Shown here: positions 17,388 through 28,049 of the stretch, piece by piece
Position numbering within the stretch: the first letter of the stretch is position 1
Layout: every line of letters begins with the position of its first letter
DNA from: Pseudomonas phage WP1
Reading direction: 5' to 3' (one strand)
DNA: 64,000 bases
Sequence record: PP596839.1
Translations under genes and position numbers: made by a program
Notes under the pieces: generated by a model
Databases searched by the model: none
Told to the model about the DNA's origin: nothing
What the model saw: the letters and a program-made list of their open reading frames with translations, nothing else

Positions 17388-20050
17388 TGTCTTTTCCTCA
17401 ACTACGCGTTCGTTCCGGCTACTCACATGGCGCCGCATGGCGGCAGGTTCCCGGAAATCATTGAGCGTGCCAGAGAAATCGAATCGCCCTTTGTCGCCAT
17501 CGTCGATGATGGGACCTGGGGCCACGTCCGCTGGGAGCAGGCAGCTACCAGAGCAGGAATTGCCTCGCGGATTCGGCATGGAAATCCCGATCAAATGCGC
17601 CGATGATGGCGAAAAAGAACTGAAGCTGAAGGCCTGGGCGCTAGCCAAAGATACCAGAAGATTCTATCGCCTTACTTCGAAGACTGTCCAGAATCAAGGC
17701 TTGTCGCCCAAAGAATTCCAGGACGCTGACGGCATCATCAAGTTCGCCGGCGAGGCCTATGCCTACTTGGACTTGGCCGGGATCGACTACACTGACATCA
17801 ATCCTGCGTCGATGGTAGCCGCGCACGGCGCTATGGAGACGGCCAGGGCGTTCGGCAGGCCTGTGGTGATTACCTCTTACAACGACATGCCGTCCATCGG
17901 CCATGTAGATTTTGCTTCGGCCTGGAAGGTTCGGGAATCGGTCGGACTTCGCCACATCGCGACTGAGGAAGAGTTGTGGACCCGTCTTCGCCATGTCATG
18001 ACCCGCGAAGAGTTCGACGAGGCCATGGCCAGTACGCAATGCGGTGGCTGAGCAGCTGGCCGATGTAAAACTGGCAAAAGCGCCAATGATCCACCTAGAT
18101 GGTGATATCGTCGCCCTGGCTCGCGAGGGCCAAGCCTACCGTCTCAGTCGCGGCCACATCAAGGAATGGACCCAGGTTTACGAAGATCGGTTCCAGGAAG
18201 AAATCAAGCAAATTCAGCTGAAAGACTTCGACAGCTACTTCCTGGTGGTAGCCGATCTGGTTGCGTTCGCCAAGAAGCACATGTTGGTCGGCCCGGCTCG
18301 CGGCTCTTCGGCCGGCTCTTTGGCCTGCTACCTGCTGGGTATTACCGAGGCTGATCCGCTCCCGCATCGCCTTCTCTTCCAGCGCTTTATCGACATTTCC
18401 CGTTCCGATCTTCCCGATATAGATATCGACTTCGCCGATACCCATCGCTATCTAGTGTTCGAATATCTCCAGCAGAAATACGGCACTTGGAACGTGGTGA
18501 AGCTCGGGAACATCAACGCGCTGAAGGCCGCGTCGGTTATCGCTCACGTCGGGAAGCGCTTCGGCATTCCATTCCATGATACCGACAACATCAAAAACTC
18601 GATCACTGAATATACTTCGGCGGACGAACGACATGGAAAAGGATTGGAGGACACTTTCGAAAAAACTCAACCCGGCCGCGACTTCCGAGAAAAGTATGAG
18701 ATTGCGTCCGCCTGCATGGGCGACCTCGAAATTCACCCATCCCACTCCGGCGTCCACGCGGCAGGAATCCTGGCGTGCAACGATGAAGTAACCGATTTCT
18801 GTACGGTTACTCCTGAAGGCATCGCGCAGCTCGACAGCCTGATTCGGAATATTTGAATCTTCTCAAGATTGACGCGCTAGGCCTTCGAACGCTGGGCGTA
18901 ATCCAAGATGCGAATTGCGTGACGGCGCAGGAGCTGCATGACTTACCGCTGAACGACAAGGCGGTTTTGGACGTTCTCAATGAAGACAGATGTCAGGCAT
19001 CTTCCAGTTCGAAGGTCAGGCCGTCCGCTCGGTCGCCAGTGCGATCAACATCACCGCGTTCGAAAACATCGACCACATCACTGGCGCTCGCTCGTCCGGG
19101 TCCGTCTGTCTTCGGGCATGGCCACGAAATACATCGAGCGCGTAGCCGGTCGCGAGCCTGTGACCTATACCATTCCGCAGGTCGAGCAGTATCTTGTCGG
19201 GGACGTATGGTGTGTTCCTGTACCAGAACAGGTCATGTCAGTTGTTAAGGACATTGGTCAGTTCGACTGGGAACAAACGTCGGCGATCCGGAAAGCGATG
19301 TCGGCGCGGAAGGGCGAAGAGTTCTTCAACAAGCGCCGAGAATTGTTCATCGAGGGCGCCAGGACCATAGGCGTCGCCCCGGAAGACGCTCACCGAGTTT
19401 GGCAGGAAATGGTGACATTCGGAGCCTGGGGATTCAGCCGCTCCCACTCGGTAAGCTATGCCGTGGTGACGTACTGGACTTGCTACATGAAGCGGTATCA
19501 TCGCCTGGAATACGCGGCCGCGTGCCTTCGGGCGGCGAAGGACGACCAGCAGACTGTGTCTATCCTTCGCGAATTGGCCAAAGAAGGCGTAGAATATACG
19601 GCCCTGGACCCGGAGCATTCCGAACTCAACTGGGTGGTAGCGGACGGACGCCTGATCGGCGGCATAATGAACGCCAAGGGCTTCGGCCCGGCGAAGGCCG
19701 AGCGGTTCCTGCGTCTTCGCGAGGAAGTCAGGGCCGCGAGGATTGCCCTGGCAAATTGCCCGATTTCGGCGCAGGATGTAGAGGATAAGGCCGATGACGT
19801 TGCCGCGCTGGAAGCCCAGATTCTTCCTGCGAAAGTCAGTCGAGACAAAGAACTGGAGAAGCTACTCAAAGCTGATCTAAAGGAGTTGAAGGCTGAGCTG
19901 AAGGAGTTGAAGGCGCAATATAAAGAGCTGGCCGGCTCCCACCTTAAAACACTTCAGGATTGGGAGAAAGTTGCCGCGAGTTTGTCAAATTCCGAGGTTC
20001 AGTTCGCGGATCTGAACGAATCTCATGCGCTCTGGGGCCATGCGCCATGA
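17387..20050 (+). CDS. dnaE: DnaE-type (Pol III alpha-like) DNA polymerase, about 890 aa, at least 6 frame changes
   Basis: PHP start MSFPQLRVRSGYS, GSSAGSLACYLLGITEADPL, PDIDIDF, HSGVHAAGIL, GIFQFEG, FGAWGFSRSHSVSYAVVTYWTCYMKRYH all in canonical order; TAATG coupling to exonuclease gene. Confidence 0.75.
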
Positions 20051-20498
20051 CAATCCGAGGCTGGTTGGAGTAACTTCCGGAAATCCAATTCAGAACATTC
20101 GTGATATCCGCGATGGCGACGATGGGCTGGTTATCGTCAAGCTGGTGAAGAAAGTTCTGTCGGATGAGAATGAACCGATCCGCCAGAAGAAGAGGGCTGA
20201 CCAAGGGAAGAATCCAGTGTACAAAGGCCAGTCGCAGTTCCTCGACTTGATGTGCGCTGATGACTCGGTTGACCAGCCGATTCGTTTCAGGATTCGCCCT
20301 GAAAAATATCTTCAGTACGGGAAGAATATCGCCGAAGGTACGCCGACCGGCTCTTGGTTCCTCATCAAAGGATGGAAGCTCAGCGGAATCGATATGTTCA
20401 TCGTGAAGGCCGTCAAGCGGATATTGACCGAACGCGAGAAGGCGAAGCTGGCAGCGCAAGCAGAGAAAGATTCCGAAGAGGGGAATGGTGATGAATGA
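20040..20498 (+). CDS. hypothetical protein, possibly detached C-terminal OB-fold region of the polymerase
   Basis: in-frame ATG at 20040 overlapping dnaE end; beta-rich composition. Confidence 0.35.
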   Translation: MRHDNPRLVGVTSGNPIQNIRDIRDGDDGLVIVKLVKKVLSDENEPIRQKKRADQGKNPVYKGQSQFLDLMCADDSVDQPIRFRIRPEKYLQYGKNIAEGTPTGSWFLIKGWKLSGIDMFIVKAVKRILTEREKAKLAAQAEKDSEEGNGDE

Positions 20499-20901
20499 TC
20501 GCGAAACGAAAGCAGCGAATGCGTTTAAGCAACGCTCCCTCGGCCGAATCCTGATCGACTTCCTGGAGACGCGCCGGTCCGGCATGTCCGATTCGATCTG
20601 TCTTAATCGTCGCGGCGTCCAGTTCTGGGTTGAGTTCAAGGCCCTGGAAGCTTGGCCGAAACGCACCTCGACCTGCCCAGTGGCTCGTTGTTTCGAGCCT
20701 GGACAGGTCCCTTTCCTTCGGGAGCGGATCGGCTGGGGTGGTCGAGGCTTCGTCCTGGCAAAAATCGGGACCGATTGGCTGCTTTTGAATCCCATGCTCG
20801 ATCTGTTCGATCTCAACAGCCGCGACCTGGTGGAAGTCGCGAGTAATGCAGAAGGACTGGACAACATCATCCAATTCCTCGCCGATCTGGAGAATAAATG
20901 A
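20485..20901 (+). CDS. VRR-NUC / PD-(D/E)xK nuclease-like protein
   Basis: D…EFK catalytic-type spacing (SDSICLNRRGVQFWVEFKA); commonly paired with SNF2 helicases in phages. Confidence 0.4.
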   Translation: MVMNDRETKAANAFKQRSLGRILIDFLETRRSGMSDSICLNRRGVQFWVEFKALEAWPKRTSTCPVARCFEPGQVPFLRERIGWGGRGFVLAKIGTDWLLLNPMLDLFDLNSRDLVEVASNAEGLDNIIQFLADLENK

Positions 20902-22460
20902 AAGCCAAAACGTTTCCGGTCAAGGGCATGAAGACCGAGGCCATGCAGCACCAGTTCAATGCCCTGGCAGCTTCCCTAAACAAAAGAAATTTCGCCTACC
21001 TGATGGAACAGGGCACCGGGAAGACATGGACTACTTTGGCAGGCTCAGTTAGACTCTTCCTGCAAGGAAGGGTTGACGCTCTGCTCATCGTCGCCCCCAA
21101 TGGCGTGCATACGAACTGGATTCTGCGCGAAATTCCTACTCACGTCGCAGTCGAGACTCTGTGCGTGGACTGGCGCGGCAGGCCGACTACCAAAAAGGCC
21201 AGGGCGCGTTTGGATCGCCTGCATGCCGAGACGTTCGCCGACGAAAAAGTGCTTCGGGTATTTTCCATTAACGTCGATGCCATCAACTATCAGGCCGGCT
21301 ATGACGAAGTCGAGCGATTCCTTAAGACGTTCAAAGCCTGCGCAGTTGTGGATGAATCAGCGAGGATCAAGAACCCTCAGGCCAAACGAGCGAAAAAGAT
21401 CGTAAAGCTGGGCGAGAAGGCCGTGGCGCGCCGCATACTTTCCTGGTACGCCTCTGACGCGAGCGCCTACGGATTTGTTTATGCAGTTTCAATTCCTGCG
21501 TGATGGAATTCTGGGGACGAAATCCTATCGCGCGTTCGTAGCTGAATTTTCCGTTCTGGTTCCAGGTGACGACCCGCGAATGGTCGCCATAATGCGCAGG
21601 CTGGATGGGAAGAGTACTGTTCCACCTCAGCTCGTCGAAAAAGACGATTCTGGGCGACCAGTATTCCGAAATCTTGACAGACTGCGGTCCCTGATCGAGC
21701 CGCACAGCTTCCGAGTCACGAAGAAAGAGGCATTGCCATTCCTGCCAGAAAAGGTTTACAAGCGCATATATTTCGAAATGTCTCCGGAGCAAAGGAAGGT
21801 TTATCAGCGCGTTGAAGAAGACTACCACTTCGTGCTCAAGAACGAAGATTTCATGGTTGATGTATCGTTCGACGCGGCAGCGGCTCGTTCGAAACTCAAG
21901 CAGGTGGCGTCTGGCTATATCAGCGTTTATGGGGAGCCGATAATCCTGCCGCCCGAAGATAACCCGCGATTCGCAGTGTTCACCGACCTTCTGGAGGGTC
22001 TGTTGGAGGAAGACCCGGAACGGTCCATCATCATCTGGGCCATGGCGGATTCATTAAATCGGCCAGGTCGCTGCGTATCTTGAGACCCAGGGAATTTCGT
22101 TTGGAGCCTATTATGGCGAGACCAAAGAGGCCGAACGAGAAAAACTGATCGATGATTTCCAGGCTAAGCGCGTCCAAGTCTTCCTGGGCAACCCGGCCGC
22201 AGCTGGGATCGGGATCACGCTCACTGCCGCAGGCGTGGCAATTTACTACACGACCGACGAAGACAGCGAGTTGCGGATGCAGTCCGAAGACAGGAACCAT
22301 CGCATCGGAACCGTCAGCTCTGTTCTGTACTTCGACCTCGACCTGCCTGGACTCCATCGACGAGAAAATCCAGGCTAGCTTGGAGTGGAAGCGCAGTCTT
22401 GCGAGTTATGTCGTCGATGGAGTGTTCGAGGCTGACGTTAGCACTCGCGACGAAATTTAA
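20898..22460 (+). CDS. SNF2-family helicase (EQGTGKT, VVDESARIKN, QSEDRNHRIG); about 3 frame breaks
   Basis: ordered SNF2 N- and C-terminal helicase motifs across ORFs 20898-21503, 21475-22083, 22152-22460. Confidence 0.7.
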
Positions 22461-22554
22461 TATGTAAATCAGTAGCCGTATCAAGGAAGATGCGGCATAA
22501 TATCTACTCAATACTTAGTTCAAGTAAGGGAACATCACTAAGTTGGAGGCTTAC

Positions 22555-23175
22555 ATGAGCGAGCAAGAACTGGAAGTTCCGGAGTATCTGAAGGACAATG
22601 CGCCGGGCGAAATTGACTATTTCGGCGTAATGGATGAAATGGCAGTCGAAGCTACCGACATCGGCCATCGACTGCTGAACTTGGTGAACAGGGCTTCGCA
22701 GCTGGACGGCGAAATCCTCGATTTACAAAAGGCGCTGGCCGAAAAAGAGGAAGAGCTGAAGACCCTCAAGCGCAGCACCATTCCTGAGCTTCTGGAGGAA
22801 CTCGGCCAGAAGACCACGACCTGGCTGATGGCCGCACGGTAAAAGTCGAGCCGAAAGCCATCATTTCCGTCAAGGAAGAAAACAAGTCGAAGCTCTGGAA
22901 GTGGCTGGAAGACACCGACAACGATGGCATCATCAAGACCAGAAGTTCTGGCGGAATTCGGTCGCGGCGAAATGGAAGATGCGAAGAAGGCGGCCGAAGC
23001 AATCATCGAAGCCGGCTATGACGCCACCATCAACCGCGATGTTCACTACCAGGCCCTCCAGGCGTTCGGTCGCGAGTACCTGGAGAAGGGCGAAGAGCTG
23101 CCAGATTTCATCGGTGTCCACGAATATAAAGAGGCCAAGATCACGAAGCCGAAGGTGAAAAAGAGCAAATCTTAA
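22555..23175 (+). CDS. hypothetical protein (about 205 aa), two frame breaks
   Basis: GGAGG RBS 6 nt before ATG 22555; three protein-like segments. Confidence 0.5.
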
Positions 23176-23187
23176 CATGTAATTTGC

Positions 23188-23216
23188 TTTACTTCAGTTG
23201 CAACTTGCGTTATTAT
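23188..23216 (+). promoter_or_regulatory. promoter TGCTTTACTTC-17-TATTAT (family copy without the conserved leader)
   Basis: -35 TTTACT 23188-23193, -10 TATTAT 23211-23216, AAGGAG RBS then ATG 23265. Confidence 0.45.
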
Positions 23217-23264
23217 AAACCCACAGTTAGAAATAACTGAAATTCGACAAACAAGGAGCCTAAC

Positions 23265-24147
23265 ATGGCTGGCAAGAAAACCGAGACTTCCGAAGCAACT
23301 GAAGAAACCAGGGCCGTTGCAGATGGCCAACGGCGGCGCCGTAGCGACTACTGACGTTCCCGACTTAATGGACCTGGGCGCGTATGACGGCGCCGGTTTC
23401 GAAGGGGCTGACGCAGGTTCCTATGCCATTCCCTTCATCCAGGTGCTGCAGAAGATGTCGCCGCAGGTCGATGAAGACGACCCGAAGTACATCGAGGGTG
23501 CGAAGCCCGGCATGTTCCTGAATACCGTCACCGGCAAGATTTACGACGGCAGAACCGGTCTACTGATCATCCCGGCCGCGTATCGTCGCGAGTTCATTCG
23601 CTGGGCTGGCCGCGACGCCGAGGGCGGTTTCAAAGGGTCCATCAGCGTCGAAGACTTCAAGGAAATGATGAAAGACCCTACCAAGGTCAAGGAAGTCGAA
23701 GGGCGTCTGTACGCGCCGAATGAAGACGGCTCGGTCAGCGACAAGAAATCCGATTACTTCGCCGACACCCGTGGTCATTACGTCATCGTCATCGATCCGG
23801 AAACCGGCGACTTCGGCCAGGCCCTGATCTCCCTGTCGTCTTCGCAGGTCAGGGCCTCGAAGAAGCTAATGACCGCTCTGTCCCAGGAGAAGTTCAGGCT
23901 CCGCAGGGCCTGCGCACGCCGCCGACTTTCGCCAGCCTGGTCCGTATGACCACTGTCGGCATGGTCGAACGACAAGGGTAGCTGGTCCGGCGTCCAGTTC
24001 GAACTGGAAGGCCTGGTGAAAAACCCGGATCACTTCAAGGCGGCCGCCGACCTGTACAGGTCGTTCGTCGGCGGTGAGGTGAAGGTGGACTACAGCAAGC
24101 AGGAACAGCCTCGCGGCGACGCCGGTGGCGTGGGCGATGCCATCTGA
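23265..24147 (+). CDS. hypothetical protein (possible ssDNA-binding/annealing protein), 3 frame breaks
   Basis: AAGGAG RBS; about 290 aa with acidic C-terminal end …PRGDAGGVGDAI*. Confidence 0.45.
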
Positions 24148-24175
24148 AGCCGAAGAGTTCTAACGTCAACGGCCA

Positions 24176-24207
24176 GAGAAAGGCGCTGTAATGGCGCCTT
24201 TCTTTTG
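24176..24207 (+). terminator. rho-independent terminator (GAGAAAGGCGC…GCGCCTTTCTTTT)
   Basis: 11-bp stem, 7-nt loop, T-run. Confidence 0.55.
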
Positions 24208-24219
24208 AGGAATCGAAAC

Positions 24220-24824
24220 ATGGACTGGAAGGACATGGTAGTAAGATCGGCGCGGCTGCCCCGGCCCTGGGGTCGCTCCTGGGTGGGCCTGCAGGCGCCG
24301 CCGTTGGCGCTATCGTCGCGACGGCGCTAGGGTCGAAGGCCGACCCAGCCTCGGTCGCGAGCGCTCTAGACGCGAATCCGGAGGCTCTAGCGCGCCTCGC
24401 AGGACTCCAGGGCGCCGAGCGCGTTCGCCTCCAGGAGCTGGCCATCCAGGCCGAACAGAACCGTCTTCAGCCTGAGCAGAACCAGCTCCAAGCCGAACTC
24501 AGCCAGTTCGCCGCCGAGGCGGCAGACAGGGATTCGGCGAGAAGGCTTGCCGCGCAACAAAATGACTTCGTTCGCCCGGCGATAACTTTTGCTCTTCTGA
24601 CCGGTTCCATTCTCATCATCATCGCGATTTTCACATTCGGCCGCGAGGCGCTGATGGACCCGACTTCTTCCGTCGCCATCGGCACCATCATCGGCTATTG
24701 GTTTGCTGAACTGAAGTCTGTTATGGCCTTTTACTTCGGCACCACTAAGGACGGATCGCGCCAGAGCACGGCGTCCATCATCAGCGCAGTCAAATCCCAA
24801 ATACAGAAGGAATCGAAAGAATGA
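24220..24824 (+). CDS. glycine-zipper membrane protein with two C-terminal TM helices; one frame break near 24237
   Basis: GSKIGAAAPALGSLLGGPAGAAVGAIVATALGS then coiled region then ITFALLTGSILIIIAIF / AIGTIIGYWFAEL. Confidence 0.5.
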
Positions 24825-25228
24825 TCATCGAACGAATCATTAATAGCGAACTCCATGACCTGGTGGTAAAATGGGGTTCAGGCCGCAGCCTGATCAAAGG
24901 CTCTTCGGCCAGAAGATCAGTTCCTCAGCTGGTAGAAGAATTCGCAGGAGTTTGCGAAGCCTACATCCAGGACAACACCGCCGAAGTGAAAGACGGCATC
25001 GGCGATGTCATGGTCGTGGCCACCATCATGGCCGCGCAGCTCGGCGAAAATCTGTTCGACCATGTGTCAGCCTTCGTCTTGGCGGTCGAGCGCCGCCCGT
25101 CCTACGGCGAAGATCTGAAATTACTCGGCGACCTGGCCGGCTCGCTGGCTCGCGGAAATCGGTGGCTTGCCATCAAGAGTTTGGTCATGGCAGTCGCATC
25201 CCTGTTCGACGCGGCAGGAGAGCATTGA
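24821..25228 (+). CDS. MazG-like nucleotide pyrophosphohydrolase
   Basis: EExxE…GDV(M/L) helix pattern (QLVEEFAGVCEA…KDGIGDVMVVATIMAAQLG); ATGA coupling. Confidence 0.5.
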   Translation: MIIERIINSELHDLVVKWGSGRSLIKGSSARRSVPQLVEEFAGVCEAYIQDNTAEVKDGIGDVMVVATIMAAQLGENLFDHVSAFVLAVERRPSYGEDLKLLGDLAGSLARGNRWLAIKSLVMAVASLFDAAGEH

Positions 25229-25235
25229 CACCAGC

Positions 25236-26369
25236 ATGCTCGAATGCTACCAGGCGGCCTACGACACCATCAAGGATCGCAAAGGCGTGATGTACAACGG
25301 CGTGTTCATCAAGGAGTCGGATGAGCGCTATGCATCGATCATGGCCGAGCTGAATCACGCCAACGAAACCATCCTGATCCGGCTTACCGCCATTCAGCCC
25401 GGTTCGCCGGGCTTCTTTCTGGAGTACTGTATGAAACCCATGCTCGCATTGAACTATGACCCGGAACTTCTGGACGGCCAGTTGCCGATGTACTTTTCTC
25501 CGAAGATCGATGGTTTTCGCTGTTTCATGTTGAAGGCGAAGCCTTGACGCGAAGCCTAAAGCCGCAGGCCAGCCAGTCCATCCGTGAATATCTCAGCGAT
25601 GCAATGTTCGATGGCCTGGATGGCGAACTGGTCTGCGGCGACATCAGAGACCCGAAAGTATTCCAGAAGTCGTCCGGCGACCTTCGCCGTCGCGACGGTG
25701 AACCGGATTGGTCTTTCCACGTGTTTGACGATTTCACCGATCCGCGCGCGCCGACCGAAGAGCGACTGGCCAGGCTGCCGAGCGCGTCAGCTTTCTGAAG
25801 AACTGCATTGGCTATGAGAGGATTCACCTAGTCGAGCAGGAACTGGTCACCTCCATCGAACAGTTCAGCGAAGTCGAACGTCGCCACACAGGACCTGGAT
25901 TCGAAGGCTCCATTGGAAAGCGCGTCGATGGAACTTACAGGTTCGGGCGCTCGACGGCCAAGGAAGGGTACTGCGTCAGAAGTCAGGAGATATGACTATG
26001 ATGAAGCAGGTATTGTTGACGTCGAAGAGCTGATGCATTATAACAGTGAAGCATTCACGAATGAGCTAGGTCGAACGGCCCGCTCAAGCCATTCGGAAAA
26101 TCTGGCTCCATCAGGCGATGGTTGGCGCGTTCGTCTGCCGCAACGAGGGCCTGTGGCCTGGAGTGACTTTCAGTGTTTCCGCATCCAGCCTCACTCACGA
26201 CGAAAAGCAGCGCCGTTGGAACGACAGGGAATTTCTCGCCGGCCAGGTAATCCGATTCAAGCACTTCTCCCATGGTGCCAAGGATAAGCCGCGCCATGCC
26301 GTCTTCGACTGCTGGCTGGACGGATGGGGCGCGAGCCATCTGATTCTAGCGGACACTAGATCGAAATAA
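25236..26369 (+). CDS. ATP-dependent DNA ligase (motif I KIDGFR, motif IV EGSIGK, motif VI region GAKDKPRHAVF), many frame breaks; first about 65 aa may be a separate small ORF
   Basis: nucleotidyltransferase motifs in order across 5 ORF fragments. Confidence 0.6.
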
Positions 26370-26370
26370 A

Positions 26371-26414
26371 CCCGGACGCCTTATCTTAAAGGCGATCCGG
26401 GTTTTCTCGTTTTA
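26371..26414 (+). terminator. rho-independent terminator after ligase (CCCGGACGCC…GGCGATCCGGG TTTTCTCGTTTT)
   Basis: 10-bp stem with 1-nt bulge, long T-rich tail. Confidence 0.55.
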
Positions 26415-26852
26415 ATGTCGACAGGTTAAGCCTTAGACCGGACTCGGGCGCCAGAGTTCCTTGGCCAGAAAGAAGGCGATTTAATATCGCGGTGCGTATC
26501 GTTAAACAGTTAAGCGCGAGCATTTTCGTCGAGTTATAATAACGCCCGACCCTTCCGATTAACACAGCGCATCCCCAAGCCATTATCGGGGTGAGGAGAA
26601 GACCGCAGGCAGAGGACTAAACATTAAACGCAGAGAGCATCGCAAGCGCTTTCGGCCAGGAATCAGCCCCAGGCTCCGGGAAGAGTTAATATCCGTTCTG
26701 ACCAAGATCATGGGCGAGACAGTCAGGACAGGTGGTAAGAGCGCTGTTAATCGGCGTTCTGAGTTCATCTAGGGAACTATGTGGATTCGGTCACTCAGGA
26801 AGAGTCCGCCGCGCCGGTTGAAGTCAGGATGGTTGAAGAGGCAAAGCCGGAA

Positions 26853-26890
26853 AGCAAAAAGGCCGCTGAATAAGCGGCCTTTTCTTTTGG
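26853..26890. terminator. bidirectional terminator (A-run, AGGCCGC TGAATAA GCGGCCT, T-run) at 3' end of minus-strand late operon
   Basis: perfect 7-bp stem flanked by AAAAA and TTTTCTTTT. Confidence 0.6.
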
Positions 26891-26897
26891 GCGAATA

Positions 26898-27567
26898 TCA
26901 GGAGCCTTGATTGATCGCGGCGATGGTCTTCATATAACGGTTGATCCGGAGCTGGCCATGGTTCGCATCGTTCGGCGCGGCGCCGTTGATGGTTTTCATC
27001 GACCATTGGAGAAGTTGTTGGATTCCGCCATTGGGGATGCAGCGATTGCGCCAGGAGAACCAGGCCGAAGACATCGACGCGCCGGCCGGAGTTTCCAGGA
27101 GCTCCGGCTTCTCCAGGACGTCCATGGCGGAGTCTTCGGCGAACAGAGAATAGTTCGACTTCCCGGTCAGCTGGATTAAGCCGCGCCCGCGATACTTCCA
27201 GCCATCGCCATCCTGCTCGCATCCATTGCCCATGGCGATCCGCGTACACGTTGTTGGCGATGGCAGCCGGGTTTCGGGCCAGGCGATTCGCCAGGGCATT
27301 CGGGACATACGGGCGGACTCGCGGGTCTACTGCGTACCGGCGCGGCCATGTGCTGGCCAGTCCTTGGGCGCTGTAGTTGAGATTCTCCACTAGACTCACC
27401 AGTCCATCGGACTCGACGCCGATGTTGGCTAGGTAGGCCGCAGTGGCTCGCGGCGACTCGATGTGGAACTTGTCCATGGCCGCCTGGACATCATCCAGCC
27501 ATCTGATCGCCCGATCCGTGGTGCAGCCGGTTCCGGTGATCAGAATATCCTTCGTGATTTTCATCAA
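26898..27567 (-). CDS. endolysin, glycoside hydrolase family 19-like; one frame break near 27240
   Basis: ATAAYLANIGVESDGLVSLVENLNYSAQGL and DGWKYRGRGLIQLTGKSNY blocks characteristic of GH19-type phage lysozymes. Confidence 0.65.
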
Positions 27568-27993
27568 TACTCCTGATTTTTAAACATCGTTTTCAGGGCC
27601 ATTGGAAGTCGCGGCCGATCCCCGCTATTCCAGTCGCGAATCTGCTGCCTCCAGGAAACAGGAGCTGCTATCAGCCCAGGTCCGTCCGTGGTTTCGATAC
27701 CCAGCCGCCTCTGCTCGTCGTGACGATCCATGGGCCAGCGGGTATCGCGAAGGATAGCCCGCTTTTCCCTTGCTCGTATAGCGTCCTGCAGGGCCTTCTC
27801 CCGCGTCGAATCTACCGGGGCGATAGGTCCGTGCTCCCCGGACAGGATCGCAGCGTGGATGGCCCTTCCGTGGGCCTCCACGGTCGTGCGGATTGGCAGT
27901 GAAAGGAACTTCCCCGATCCCCTCGAAAGTCACCATGGCGTGGATGTTTGTTTCATCCAGCGAACGAGGGTTTCTGATCCGCGTCCATTTCAT
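27564..27993 (-). CDS. hypothetical lysis-cassette protein(s), frame-disrupted
   Basis: ATGA overlap with endolysin start; no TM segments evident. Confidence 0.3.
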
Positions 27994-28049
27994 TTACGTC
28001 ACTCGCTGGAAAAGGGTCGCGGAGTCAGGAGTGTTGGCATCCCGGTTGA

